Assembly: GCA_951406725.2 (NCBI GenBank) | Contig: OX597814.1 | Coordinates: 143,344,001 to 143,408,000 of the forward strand | Direction: 5' to 3' | DNA: 64,000 nucleotides | DNA from: Octopus vulgaris | Lineage: Eukaryota | Shown here: in pieces, positions 26,881 to 40,558 of the stretch | Position numbering within the stretch: position 1 is the stretch's first letter | Layout: every line of letters starts with the position of its first letter | Program-made: the position numbers and the translations under genes | The notes under the pieces: generated by a model | The model's database searches: none | Told to the model about the DNA's origin: nothing | What the model saw: the letters and a program-made list of their open reading frames with translations, nothing else

Positions 26881-27170
26881 CGGTTAAACTAACTCGAAGC
26901 CACAAAAGCACTGTCAAAAGTGAATGACAGAGGGAGGTATGTCTCCAGCATACATAGCCGGATCGCGTCTCTTAACTTATTGTATTCCCTTTTTTGAATA
27001 CTTTCATGTAAACTGTTTTTAACATTTTCTTATCATGGTCAAAGACTGTATAACTGTATTTTAATACTTTTGTGCAAATCATTTTTTAACACAAGTAGTC
27101 CGGGAACTTTCTGATACTACCTTGTCTTATATTATATATAACACACACACACACGCAAACATGCACGCAT

Positions 27171-27233
<63 letters not shown>

Positions 27234-27271
27234 TATGTATGCGTGCGTCTGTGGATTATTATATATATATA

Positions 27272-28105
27272 TCTACTATATATGTGGGAGCTTCTGCCTG
27301 TGGGTGTGTCCTCTTACATGGTTTTATCAATGTTGATGAAACTTGACACGTGAGTAGAACTCATGTCTGGAAACCTTGTGGCATACTCAGACTACTGAAA
27401 AAAATCGATATATATATATATTCTTTTAACAACCAAGGGGAGTAACCCATTAGGCTCTGGAAGGGATCCTTATATATAGCCAGGGGAAATAACCCATTCA
27501 TTGTCCTAAGTTATTTGGTAAAAATGAAATTGAGTATGCTTATTTCTCAGTATTTAAACTATTAGAGTTATTTTCTCAATTCATCCAGTACAACCCTTAA
27601 ACAAGTAAATATTATTTTCCTAAACAATAGATCCACTTAGTTCGGTCAGTGACTTATTCACGAATATAATAACACTAGCGCTGCTGAGGGTAATATTCTC
27701 TGGGAACGCACAAAAGCCCTTTTCAGAGTTAGTTACTTTGAATTGTAATTATCTCATATCTGCTTAGCCTGTTATTACGTAACGTGCTTCACGATTTTAC
27801 TATACATACCTTATTAATATTTCTTCTTAAATTTTATACACTCTGGGAACGCATTAAAGTCCTTTTCGGAAATACTGTATTTGAATTATTTCTATCGGAT
27901 AACTAATTTCATGTTATTACGTAACTGGCTTCACAATTTGGGTATCCATAACATTGGGAATTCCTAAAACCAAGAGCCTGTGTAAGACAGTTCGGTATTC
28001 TCTGTACATGTACAAAAACCGATTTAAGGGCTACATACTTTGTATTGTTGTTATTGGCTTAGCGAAACAATTATGAGAACGGAAATTACCGGGTACGTCA
28101 GCTAT
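27272..28105 (+). mobile_element. Non-autonomous Helitron-like element, decayed
   Basis: A/TCTACTATATA 5' end; 3' cgg...ccgggtacgtcagCTAT; internal repeat of about 143 bp. Confidence 0.55.
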
Positions 28106-28363
28106 ATATGCATATATGTATATATGCGTCTACGCATACATACATCCACACACATATAGACACACGCGCACATACGCTCATGTATGGTAGAAAGGGATCG
28201 TTATTCTTTTCCATTTTTGTTGTATTACAGGCCTGAACGTAAGCAAATGATGTTTATCTAAAGTTATAAGTTTTCGGATAAGACCGAAATTGTTATGTCG
28301 CATGCACATACATCTCGTCCTACACAAATAGTAACGCAAGAAGACACAGACACGCATACACAT

Positions 28364-28396
<33 letters not shown>

Positions 28397-28662
28397 AACG
28401 CACAGACACACACACGCTCAAACACACACACACAATTGTATGTTAGTTGAAAAAAATTCTAGGTTAAATAGTTTCAAATTATGTTGACTGCATTAAAGTC
28501 CAGTATCAAATAATTCTCCTGTTTATTAGAATCTAGTAATGAAACCATGATGGTCGTTGAACCTGTTAAAAGCAGCGGGGAAATTCCCCCTTCCACCTCC
28601 ATCGCTACGCTACTATCTTAAAACTAGAAGGACACGTTGGAACATTGTAGTTTTATATGAAA

Positions 28663-29175
28663 CTAGCAGTATCGCCCGGCGTTGCTCGGGTTTGTAAGGG
28701 AAATAACTATATAAGCATTTTTAGAGAATTACTTCCCTTATAGATGCCAATTCAGGCTTTCTTAGCCATTTCTGTTTTGGTGTCTTCAAGCCATGAAGTC
28801 GTTGTTCTAAAGGAACGCTGGTCTCCTTGACAACGCTTTACGACGTTGATTTCCTTACACTCCCTTCCCCACAGCTTCACGAGGGAGGGAAGAAGGGGGA
28901 TAAGCAAACAGGTGCAGGTGTGACCATGGACGCCAACTCCGCCGCCATCGACACACGAAAAATTATGCATTAAAATGGAATAAAAAATGATGTTAAATTA
29001 TTTTTAAAATCGTAGACTCATCGTAGACGCGCGCTAATACTCAGACGGGCTCGATATGAATCACGACTATAAGATACCCGAATTTGGTTAAACTGCACCG
29101 CAAAATGTGGGAGTAGTTAGGAATCTAAATCGAAGGGGACAGACACTCACACAACTACAGTTTTATATATATAGA
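28663..29175 (-). mobile_element. Non-autonomous Helitron
   Basis: 5' TCTATATATATAAA; 3' hairpin CCCGAGCAACGCCGGG then CTAG; inserted between A and T; no TSD. Confidence 0.85.
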
Positions 29176-29254
29176 TATATTCTTGATCTGACAGTAATAA
29201 ATAACAAAACTTGCATCACATTTTAGAATTATCTCTCCAGATTTTGTATATAAA

Positions 29255-30325
29255 TTATTTCGTCTGCCGCTACGTTCTGAGTTCAATTTCCGCCGAGGTC
29301 AACTCTGTCTTTCATCCTTTCGGGGTCGATTAACTAAGTACCAGTTACGCACTGAGGTCAATATAATCGACTTAATCCGTTTGTCTGTCCTTGTTTGTGC
29401 CTTCTGTGTGTAGCCACTTATGGGCACTAAAGAGATAGGTATTTCGTCTGCCATTACGTTCTGAGTTCAAACTCCGCCGAAGTCGACTTTGCCTTTCATC
29501 CTTTCGGAGTCGATAAATTAAGTACAAGTTGCGTACTGGGGTCGATCTAATCGACTGGTCTCTTTCCCCGAAATTTCGGGCCTTCTGCCTAGAGTAGAAA
29601 AGAATCGTTGGCACGCCTGACATAACGCTTGGTCTATCTTACAGGTTGAGTTAAAATTTCGTCGAAGAAGACTTTGGCTTTCATCCTTTCGGGATTGATG
29701 AAATAAGTACCAGTTGGACTCTGGGGTCGATGTAATCAGTTTACTCACTCCCCCGAAAATGCTAAAATATAAAATTGTTATTTCTTGTAAGGTATTTAAT
29801 AAGTCCAAAGTCGTAGGCGGCGAGCTGGAAGAAACGTTAGCACGCTGGGCGAGGTGCTTAGCGGTATTTCGTCTGTCTTTATGTCCCGAGTTCAAATTCC
29901 GCTGAGGTCGACTTTGCCTTTCGAGGTCGATAAATTAAGTACCAGTTGCATACTGTGGTCGATACAGTCGACTGGCTCCCTCCCCCAAAATTTCGGGCCT
30001 TGTGCCCAGAGTAGAAGAGAATATTACACCTTATGTATTAAGGCTGACATGTGGGGTTTCGATTCTACTAAGACTTTCATATTGTATTTAAGATGAGTAT
30101 TCACTTCAAGTCAGTGAGCTGGAAGAATCGTTAGTATGCCAGACCGAATGCTTGGCAGCATTTCGCTCGTCTTCACATTGTGAGTTCAAATTCTGCTGAG
30201 GTCGACTTTACCTTTTCCCCATTACGGTTCGATGAAATAAGTATCTGTCGAGTACTGAGGCCGATGTAATTCATTATCCCACTCCGCCATAATTTCAGCC
30301 CTTACACCGATACTAGAAAGGATTT
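29255..30325 (+). mobile_element. Cluster of about five head-to-tail SINE-B copies
   Basis: Repeated gagttcaaattccgccgaggtcgactttgcctttcatcctttcggggtcgat. Confidence 0.85.
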
Positions 30326-31099
30326 TAGTATTTGCTTCATATTAGTATAGATGTTTTCTATATATTTACAGACCTTCCTCGCGTCGCAGAATTCACGTTG
30401 CAACCACATTTTAAGGAGTACAACGATTCCGTTACCCAGGAGATGATTTCATTAATGCATTATATATATATATATATATCTTCCAATGAGTGAGAGATGG
30501 GAGGATATTTGTATGAAGAAACCTATGATTGAGATTTGTTTTTTATCTTCTTTTTTCTATCACATTAGCTGTTTCATATTTTCCTGTATAAAAGCTATCA
30601 GTAATAATATTTATCCAAAACACGAAAATTAAAAATTTACGACAAACGGCCAGAAGCCTGTTAGACTGTGAATAATCTGCTGTGCAACAATAACAAGTCA
30701 AATGTAAACATTCTATTACTTAGGACAGACAAACACCAGACTTTATCGCTGGCTGAACATACGTCAGCAACGAGAAATCATTACAATTTATATCATGAAT
30801 CAGTGAGGGTCTCTCTATACGGTAGCTCTAATTGCTAAAAATAGCAGCCAAATCTTCATGAAATCATACAGCCTACTACATTAAGAAAAAGGAAGGGACA
30901 TACTGGGTAATGTAGTCAAGGAAGGAATAATTATTTTTGCCATGCCTCTGGTTGTAGGTCTGTTTTTTCTACGTTGATTATCTGGGGCTGAACAACAGCG
31001 ACAAAAGCCATATTATATCACAAAATACAGAATAAAACTTGATATAAAATTACTAATCGATGACAAAATGATTAAAATGACTGAACAAACCAGCAAAAA

Positions 31100-31870
31100 A
31101 GAAAAAGTATATATGGAATCAATCTTAATAGTAACAGTTCCCCGCAAAACATTAACATAACACATTGGTAGCATATCATAATATCCAACCAATATCCTAT
31201 TCCAAGCAACAGATTGTTTCACCGCCGCTGAGGAAAGAAAAGAAACAGATTCCAGCAGTGACAGCGTTTATAGATTGGTGGTAACGAAGAGAAACTGATA
31301 GCTGCGTGTCTACAATTCTGTTCCAAATGCTTCATACAGGCTATGTTGTATAAAGCGAAAGTTACAGAAGCTATCAAAAAGGAACGCATTTAACAGAATT
31401 CACATTTAAAAGTAAGAATACCTAGCTTTCTCAGTTCCTTTTCACACCCAAACGATAACATCGACTCATCTTCTTTGTCCTGGTATGTCTGGAAACTAAA
31501 GTAGAACAAACTAAAAATATTTGCAAATCCTGGTTTCTCTATAGTTGAAATAGACGCTACATATTCTAATTGATACCAAAGCTGAAACCTATTTCTCAGT
31601 TAGAACTATATCCCGTAGGGAATCCCTCAGCATGTTGAATATAAAACAGGATGTAAGTAAAAAAAAAGTAGATACAAGTATAAATATACATTAAATCACC
31701 ACTTCCAGCAACAGATGGGGTAACTGCACCACCACACGCTTACCAGCAACACATCAACTTAGATAGATATTTAATTATAACAGTACTTTTTTCCAGTAAG
31801 ATTTTGTCCACCTACAACATCCTATATCAGAGACAAGCTGTTTAATAATTTCTGTAGAGACAACGCCATT
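31100..31870 (-). pseudogene. Pseudo-exons with Cys-Cys (galaxin-like) repeats typical of the usherin cysteine-rich insert
   Basis: IGCC.GQ, MCC..CGG..ICC, STC*GIPY; acceptor tttcttttctttcctcAG followed by GGETICC and MFCGE. Confidence 0.5.
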
Positions 31871-32192
31871 CCTACTGAAAGCAAATTGGAAGTTTATTCT
31901 GCTATATTCTTAAAACTAGCATTTTACCAATAACTAAGTTTGTGAGTGTGTGTGTGTGTCTATATATAATGTGTGTGTGCGCATGCGTGATTGTATATGA
32001 AGATAGTGATTGTGCTGCACAGCCTCATCCGGCTTACGTAATAGTGCGAATGTAAACCACCATCTTTGAAAAGTAAACTCTTTCCATATGCACTGAGTAT
32101 TTTACTTTGCCTTCGCATGCGCACGAATGCATGTATAACACACACACACACACTTACACACTTGTGGTTTTCTTCATTTTCTAATTATTTGC

Positions 32193-32221
<29 letters not shown>

Positions 32222-32225
<4 letters not shown>

Positions 32226-32630
32226 TCTTTACTCTTTTACTTGTTTCAGTCATTTGACTGCGGCCATGCTGGAGTACTGCCTTTAGTCGAGCAAATCGAC
32301 CCCAGGACTTATTCTTTGCAAGCCTAGTACTTATTCTATCGGTGTCTTTTGCTGAACCGCTAAGTTATGGGGATGTAAACACACCAGCATCGGTTGTCAA
32401 GCGGTGTTGGGGGGGATAAACACAGACACACATATACACACACATACATATATATATATGCATATATACGACGGGTTTCTTTCAGTTTCCGTCTACCAAA
32501 TCCACTCACAAGGCTTTGGTCGGCCCGAGGCTTAGTAGAAGACACTTGCTCAAAGTGCCACGCAGTGGGACTAAACCCGGAACCATGTGGCTTGTAAGCA
32601 AGCTACTTACCACACAGCCACTCCTACGCC
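32222..32630 (-). mobile_element. SINE family A, full length
   Basis: Near-identical to the reverse complement of 36104-36550. Confidence 0.9.
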
Positions 32631-32639
32631 TTTCTCTGC

Positions 32640-33372
32640 CTTCATTCTTTGATTTCCTTTTCTTCTACTTAACTGTCTCTCCCTCTCTCTCATTATTTAC
32701 TCTCTCTCTCCCTCTCTCTCATTCTTCATTCTTTCTGGTTTCCTCACAACCACTCCCCTTTCTTCTCTCCCTTTCTCTTACTCCTCCTCCTCCCCCCTGC
32801 TGTTAACCCGCGACGAGAGCCTTACCACCTTCTTTCTCACTTGACCTTCTTGAGGTGTGGACGGCAATTTTATTTGCTCCCTTCGCCGTTCACAGATATA
32901 GCGTTCGTAATACTTTTTTCGTTCGGCTTAACAGCCCTTCTTGTCTTGTTATTTTCCTTGTCCTGTCTTTTACTGCTTATATTTTGTACTGTCGTTACTG
33001 TCCTGTTTTTGTTACCATTTTTACCCCTGTGCAAAAAGATCTCAAATTTTATTTGATTTGCTTTTCGCAGGAAGGAAAGTTTCTATCGAAGATACGTCTC
33101 GCCTTCACCTTCGAAACGTAGAGTAGATGAAACCATGGCGACTGAAGAAGGGTTTTTTTTCCTTGTGTTATTTGTCCTGTACTCTATTTTTTTGTTGTTT
33201 AAGAAAAATGTCCAGTTCCTTGGGTTTGTGTCTATGTTTTCGTTTCTCATTGTGTTCGACGTTTTTTTGGTATCCTGTACTCATATATGCGTGTATATAT
33301 ACATGTAGAGGTAGGTACGTACATATATGTATATATATATGCATATGTTTTATTTATTAATATATATATGTA
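32640..33372 (+). mobile_element. TA-associated non-coding element (Penelope-like terminal family E)
   Basis: Homologous to 54737-55500 (-); ends catgtagaggtaggtacgtac...ttattaa then (TA)n. Confidence 0.7.
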
Positions 33373-33399
33373 TATATACATATATATGCTTACAGCTAG

Positions 33400-34760
33400 A
33401 AATAACAGCTACTTTGTCTTCCATATAATGTCTGATAAAAATAGATGCAATTTTCTCTTGACAAATACCGAGGGAGCCTCAAATTACACGCCGTTGAGCT
33501 ATATTATAAAAGACTACATGGAAGCTCGCAATCTCTAACAGATGGTGTCATCTGGAATACGTTTCATGATGTATCGAATTAATCAATATTGACCTGGGAA
33601 AATAACAGCAGCAACCACAAGTCACAAGCAATCAGTGACACACAGAAACCTACCACCGAGTTGTGATTTTACTCCATCTTATTCAGTTACAATATCTAGC
33701 ACTCATCTTGTTTTGTGTTACCTATACTATACTATAGGTTTTGTGTTACCTATACGCGTGGAGGCGCGTGGCTTAGTGGTGAGGGTGTCAGCACCATGAT
33801 CGTAAAGATTGTGGTTTCGATTCCTGGACCGGGTGTTATTGAGTAACGCTGAGATGGACTGGCGTCCTGTGTATCTGGGGAACACATACGTCATAGAAAC
33901 CGAGAAACCGGGCCCATGAGCCTGGCTAGGCTTTAAAAAGGCGCATTTATTTTTTATGTGGAGGCGCGTGGCTTAGTGGTTAGTGTGTCAGTATCATGAT
34001 CGTCAGATTGTGGTTTCGATTCCTGGACCGAGCGACACGTTGTGTTCTTGAGCAAAACACTTCATTTCACGTTTCTCCAGTCCACTCAGCTGGCAAAAAT
34101 GAGTAACGCTGCGATGGAATGGCGTCCCGTCCAGCTGGGGAACACATACGCCATAGAAACCGGGAAACCGGGCCCATGAGCCTGGCTAGGCTTTAAAAGG
34201 GCGCATTTATTTATTTTATTTATATACTAAGAACGCTTGTTTCATTCACTTACGCGTTTACTCTATCTTCCATTATTCCTACGCTATCTTACACCGCATT
34301 CAATATTTTAATTACCAAACTGCAAATAAACTCCTTAAGTTCTTTTATTATATTCGCTTTCTACTTTGAAATATATTTCCATGGTGCTCCGCTTCTGCTT
34401 TTATGTTCCTATTAACGAGCAATTTTCAATGCTTCAAAGTTAACCTTAATTTCATAAACTGTAGATAACTGTACACGGGATCCAAGTAAGGAACACCTCG
34501 AAATGCTTTATATTAAATTAGGAAGAAATTACACTGAATCATGGCTAATACTATTGTAATAAGTGTCTTACTCGAGCTTTGTAAAAAGGTTAATAAGGAT
34601 CAACGTAGAAGCATCTTCTGTCTCTAAAGGGGTATTCTCGTTTCTGTGATGTAATTTAGGCAATTTTATATATGTAGGCATCAGCAGACATTGCGAAGCC
34701 TAGCATTTGCAGCATGGTCTCTGGGGATGGTGAGAAATTGAATGTTATGATAAAAAGTGG
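33400..34760 (-). pseudogene. FN3 pseudo-exon remnants at about 33400-33665 and 34430-34760, separated by SINEs
   Basis: LGGRFLCVT...LIRYIMKR; FYVDP..(P)FTKLE*DTYYNSI. Confidence 0.4.
33758..34220 (+). mobile_element. Tandem pair of SINE-C-related elements; the first is internally deleted
   Basis: Two GTGGAGGCGCGTGGCTTAGTGG heads; shared 3' half with 21053-21370 but a different middle. Confidence 0.85.
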
Positions 34761-35582
34761 TTATTAAACAACTATTATCTACTGTTTTGATAAGCAAACA
34801 GTTGTTGTTTTTTGTTGTCGAACTCCATATCGGCTCTGATCGAGTAGGTTTAATTAATGATTATAAGCATTCCAGTCATGACCATCACGTTGGAATGCTT
34901 ATAACGTTCACTCAGATATATGTTATACAGGACTACATTAGCTTGCGGGTCCATTTTTCAAGCATCGATCTTCAGACGAGAACTGTCACAAGGACGATTA
35001 TTATTTATATGCATTTCGTATTTTCATTTTTGTCACTTTTAATTGTCTGATTTTGGTGGCCTAACGTTTATGCTCGTTGACTCTATTGGCCAGGGGCGTA
35101 TTTAGGAATATTTATTTTTATAATTAATTTTATGTGGATATTAGTCTAATTATGTTGTTTATCTGAATTTATCTGCGTATTTCATCGTGCGTTTGTAAAA
35201 AAAATGTAATTGTGTTGTATGTTTATTTAGACAAGCCTATTTCATTTATCAGAAGGTAATTTGAATAAAAAAAATTTTGTTTTTTCTTTTGGAAGTACCT
35301 TGTGTTGTGTTGTATTTCATGGTGACTAATATAAACATTCATAGTTGACTGTGTCTTACGTTAAAACGGAAGTACGAGCTACTTACTTTGTATCCATGTC
35401 AAATCGCTTTTATTGTTACTTATCATGTTTCATGATAAGGACTGTGTTTTGAAGCTATTCGTAGCATGAATTGACGAGACTTAACTGCAAAAATACATAG
35501 ACTCCATAATCGTTATGGAGAGTGCTCTTTTCATTGGCATATGAGCCTTGTATGATGCATCTATGAATGTATGTATGTATGT

Positions 35583-35841
35583 TCTTTTATTCTTTTATTT
35601 GCTTCAGTCATTAGACTGCGGTCATGCTGGGGCACCGCTTTCAAGAATCGACGCCAGTAATTACATTTTAAATTTGGTACTTCATCTATCGTTCTGTTTT
35701 GCTGAGCTGCTAGGTTACGGGTACATAAACACACAAACACCAGCTATCAAGTGATGGTGGGTGACAAACACACACACATGCGCACGCGTGCATACACATA
35801 CATATACATTTACTTATATAAATTTATACACACACATATAC

Positions 35842-35877
<36 letters not shown>

Positions 35878-36070
35878 TATATGTAAGTACTAGAGGCTAA
35901 TGACTGGAACAAGTAAAAGATAAATTTATATGACAGGCTTCTTTCAGTTTCCATCTACCAAATCCATTCACAAGGCTTTATCGGCCCCAGGCTATTGTAG
36001 AAGACACTTGTGCTAGGTGAATCACAATTGTGAAAGCATTCTTCACAGTGTAGTGACGCCTGGTTCCAGA
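35583..36070 (-). mobile_element. SINE family A, decayed
   Basis: Tail and head motifs match family A. Confidence 0.7.
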
Positions 36071-36103
36071 CGTCACTACATATATATATATACATACACA
36101 CAT

Positions 36104-36273
36104 GCATAGGAGTGGCTGTGTGGTAAGTAGCTTGCTTACCAACCACATGGCTCCGGGTTCAGTTTCACTGCGTGGCACCTTGGGCAAGTGTCTCCTGCTA
36201 TAGCCTCGGGCTGACCAAAGTCTTGTGTGTGAATTTGGTAGACGGAAACTGAAAGAAGCCCGTCGTATATATG

Positions 36274-36345
<72 letters not shown>

Positions 36346-36549
36346 TGTGTCTGTGTTTGTCCCCCAACATCGCTTGACAACCGATGCTGGTGTGTTTACG
36401 CACCCGTAACTTAGCGGTTCGGCAAGACAGACCGATAGAATAAGTACTAGGCTTACAAAGAATAAGTCCTGGGGGCGATTTGCTCGACTAAAGGCGGTGC
36501 TCCAGCATGGCGACAGTCAAATGACTGAAACAGGTAAAAGAGTAAAAGA

Positions 36550-36550
<1 letters not shown>
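36104..36550 (+). mobile_element. SINE family A, full-length reference copy with internal (TA)/(TG) microsatellite
   Basis: A-box TGGCTGTGTGG, B-box GGGTTCAGTTTC, tail (GTAAAAGA)2. Confidence 0.9.
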
Positions 36551-36611
<61 letters not shown>

Positions 36612-36624
36612 ATGCACGGGCATA

Positions 36625-36897
36625 TGATGCTGGAAGCATAATGCGTGTCTTTCTCGAATAATTAACAGACAGTCCTGTGCTAAAAGGCTCCCAATTGCCA
36701 AGAACTAAAGAGTAAATGTTTTAATCTACCAAGCTGCAATATTTGAAGGGCAATGCTCGCGTGTAATCCTCAACAATATTCGGACAGCCGTTGCAGAGAC
36801 AACAAATCATGCTAGGTCTTCGTATTTTTTTTTGCCGTTGAGAAGCAGATGTAGTTCTTGAGACTGTTGCATTAGTAACTTGCATAAGCAAGCATCG
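36625..36897 (-). pseudogene. Pseudo-exon, FN3
   Basis: T-rich acceptor ...ttttattttaAG; NATV-LKNY-LLLNGKKKYEDLA and YSLVLGNWEPFST. Confidence 0.5.
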
Positions 36898-37073
36898 CTT
36901 AAAATAAAATAAAAATAAAATAAAATAAATAATAAAAGGAAAATAAGACAACTGTGACAAAATTCTTGCAAACAGCTTTCATTAAATTACTATGGAAAAC
37001 TATGAAACCAGTCATGATTGTACTCGACAATGTGTGTGTGTGTGTGTGAGTGCGCGCGCGCGTGTTCGCATAT

Positions 37074-37104
<31 letters not shown>

Positions 37105-37174
37105 GCATAAATTTACATAATGTATGTCGGTAAATACACATACGTAGAAATATACGTATGCATGTGTGAATATG

Positions 37175-37266
<92 letters not shown>

Positions 37267-38308
37267 GCATATATGCATATGTATTTGTATATATATATGT
37301 ATGCATGCATGTATGTATATATATATATATATATATATATACATACAAATACATACACATACACTCACAGACACATATATATGTATGATTATATACACTA
37401 TTTCTTTTTTCTTCCTTGCTACTATCTTGACGCCCCATCTGCTGTTCAGCCGCAGTTTTAAACAGACCGACTGTTTTCAAACACATACTAAAATACACAT
37501 CAGAAGCGTTTACGCGTAGCATAATCAAATTGTGTTGCGCAAGCATGTAGTTATATGATATTATATATATATATATGCATATTCGTATGTCTATTTTACG
37601 TGTGTTTGTGTGCTTATGTTTGTGTGTGTGTGGGCATGCGTGGCAGTGTATATCTGCAAGTATATGTGCAAACAACACATATAGATTAAAATATGATTAC
37701 TTGTAAATCTTTCGCTTCAAGTGAATGTCTGTGCGAGCGTTTGCATGAAAGTATGCGATGTAAAAATATACAGATCTCTTTTGCTCTCGGCTATGTCTCT
37801 ATGATTTTCTTGATAGCAGTGTATATAAGAATAGAAATGTGTGTATGGGCGCGTAAATATCCATCTTATTAGAAGGTTATGAACGTATATGCTTTTATGC
37901 AACTACAAAGGCATCAGTTTCGACATACATTTTTAATGTAAAATTATAGATGTATTATGTATGCAAATTTATATATGTATAGAAGTATGCATATACACAC
38001 TAATTCGCCCACGTATGCGTGTATGTATGTGTGTTTGTGTATGTGTCTATATGAATATATATATATATATATGTATATATATATTTATACATCTGTTTCT
38101 ATGCATATATAAACACACAATACACACACATATATATATATACATACATATATGTGTGTTTAAATACAGCTATAAATATATTTACACGTATGTATGCATG
38201 TTTGTATGTATGTATCTATCTATCTATATATATATTCATACATACATACATATATACATATATATATATATGTGTGTGTGTGTGTGTATACATATATATA
38301 CATACATT

Positions 38309-38560
<252 letters not shown>

Positions 38561-39185
38561 GAAACATACACATAAACACAAATATGACTGTACATATAAG
38601 TATCTGTCAGCATGTGTGTATTTATATTAAGTATTCTCTTTGTTCATGCCTACCGACATATGAGTAGTCCATCCATAAATTGCTTACTCATTGGTAATAA
38701 TATCTAACATGTGTGTTAGATGAAAGCTTATTCACTATATAAAACCTGTTTCTATCTGCATATCTATCTACATTTATGTGTTCACACACACAGACTAACG
38801 TACATGCACCTAAAGCAGTGGGTATATATATTATAGACATAAATGGACGTCCAAGTGTTTGGTGAAGGCTAAATATAATTTTATAAAAAATTTACTATTT
38901 TAGTTTATTTTTAGTTAAGTGTTTTGAACATGAAAGTTTGTTCTTAATTTTCGAACGAGGCCAGTAATTTTGAAGGGTGGGGCAAGTAGATTGCATCGAC
39001 CACATTACTCAGCGGGTACTTATTTTATCGGCCTTGCAATTATGAAAGACAACGCGAACAGCAGCGGAATTTTAACTCAGAACGTATGGGCCGGATGCAT
39101 TAAGCATTTTTGTCCGGCATGCTACTGATTCCACCAGCTCGTTGCCTTTTTTGAACACAGAGATTGGACGAACGAAATACTATTT

Positions 39186-39780
39186 TGAATAGCCTCCCAC
39201 TTTGAAGGGTATGCGTTTGCGATCCAGGAACAGGAAATATCAACCAAGTACCTGATGCATAAAAAGCCGTAAAATGTGACAACCGATGCAGACTTTGTGG
39301 AGTTCACACTGAAGATATCACCTACATAATAAGCAGTCGTCCGAAAATGTCATCACTGTATTATGTATTACATACCGATGAGATATGACGTTGTAGCTAG
39401 GACACTCTATAATGAAATCCGTCGGAAGGATAATCCCGAGGACAAATAAATAAGAACCCACAATATGGTAGAAGCTGTGCACAGTACTGGAAATTAGCTG
39501 CCCTGCGGATATTAACATAAAACTGAAGGTCAGGGATAAAGAGAACACCTATGCTGAGCTATTGAGAAATCTGCAGTCACTTTATCCAGATTACAAGTTC
39601 AGGTTTATACCTGTAATTATTGGGATCCTGGGATATGTTGCACACTGCCTAAAGACCAATCTTGAGAAATTAGGCTCCTCTGAACTAGAATGGAGAAAGC
39701 TAATTCGAAGACTACAGATCCAATCCGTCACTAGAACTGTAAAAATCTGTAAAACTTTCCAGAAGTTTATCATTTAATTA
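39186..39780 (+). mobile_element. R4/Dong-like LINE 3' fragment (same family as 6700-8735), followed by (TACA)n
   Basis: ASHFEGYAFAIQEQEISTKYLMHK; CDNRCRLC; RNLQSLYPDYKFRFIPVIIGILG..KTFQKFII*. Confidence 0.9.
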
Positions 39781-39852
39781 TATACATACATAAAACATAC
39801 AAATTTGCACATACATACATACAAACATACATACATACATCCATACATACAT

Positions 39853-39934
<82 letters not shown>

Positions 39935-39936
<2 letters not shown>

Positions 39937-40340
39937 TCTTCTACTTGTTTCAGTCATTTGACTGCCGTCGTGCTGGGGCACCACCTTAAGGGATTTTAGT
40001 TGAACAAATCGATCCCAGGACTTATTCTTTGTAAGCGTAGTACCTGTTTTATCGATATCTTTGGAGAACCGCTAAGTTACGGTGATGTAAACACCCCGGC
40101 ATCGGTTGTCAAGCGATGGTTCGGGAGAGTGGGGCAAATACACACACATACACACACAATCCAACACATATATATACGACAGGCTTCTTTCAGTTTCCGT
40201 CTACCAAATCCACTCACAAGGCTTTAGTCGGCCCGAGGCTATAGTAGAAGACACTTGCCCAACGTACCACACAGTGGGACTTTGGGCAAGTCCCAGAACC
40301 ATGTGACAAGTTTCTTACCACACAGCCACGCCTGCTCCTA
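39935..40340 (-). mobile_element. SINE family A
   Basis: Matches family A. Confidence 0.85.
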
Positions 40341-40388
40341 TAGTACACGCACATATTTAAATACATACATATATACATAAATACATAA

Positions 40389-40419
<31 letters not shown>

Positions 40420-40520
40420 CATAACGGGAAGCTTTGTGAAAATAAACAAAAGACGAAGGCAGGTGGAATACAAACAAACAACTGTATAAGTATGGCGCTC
40501 AGGAATATAAATAAAACAAG

Positions 40521-40558
40521 TCTTTTACGTTTCGAGCCTACGCTCTTCAACAGAAAGA
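40521..40558 (-). ncRNA. Minimal hammerhead motif with a core variant, within the TA-flanked element 40420-40630
   Basis: UCUUU-CUGUUGA-A-GAGC(GUAG)GCUC-GAAA-CG-UA-AAAGA; stems perfect; A6 changed to U. Confidence 0.65.

Noticed and set aside
30372-30460. Plus-strand acceptor tttacAG followed by a short open frame
   Set aside because: No donor, no motif and no supporting neighbouring plus-strand exons
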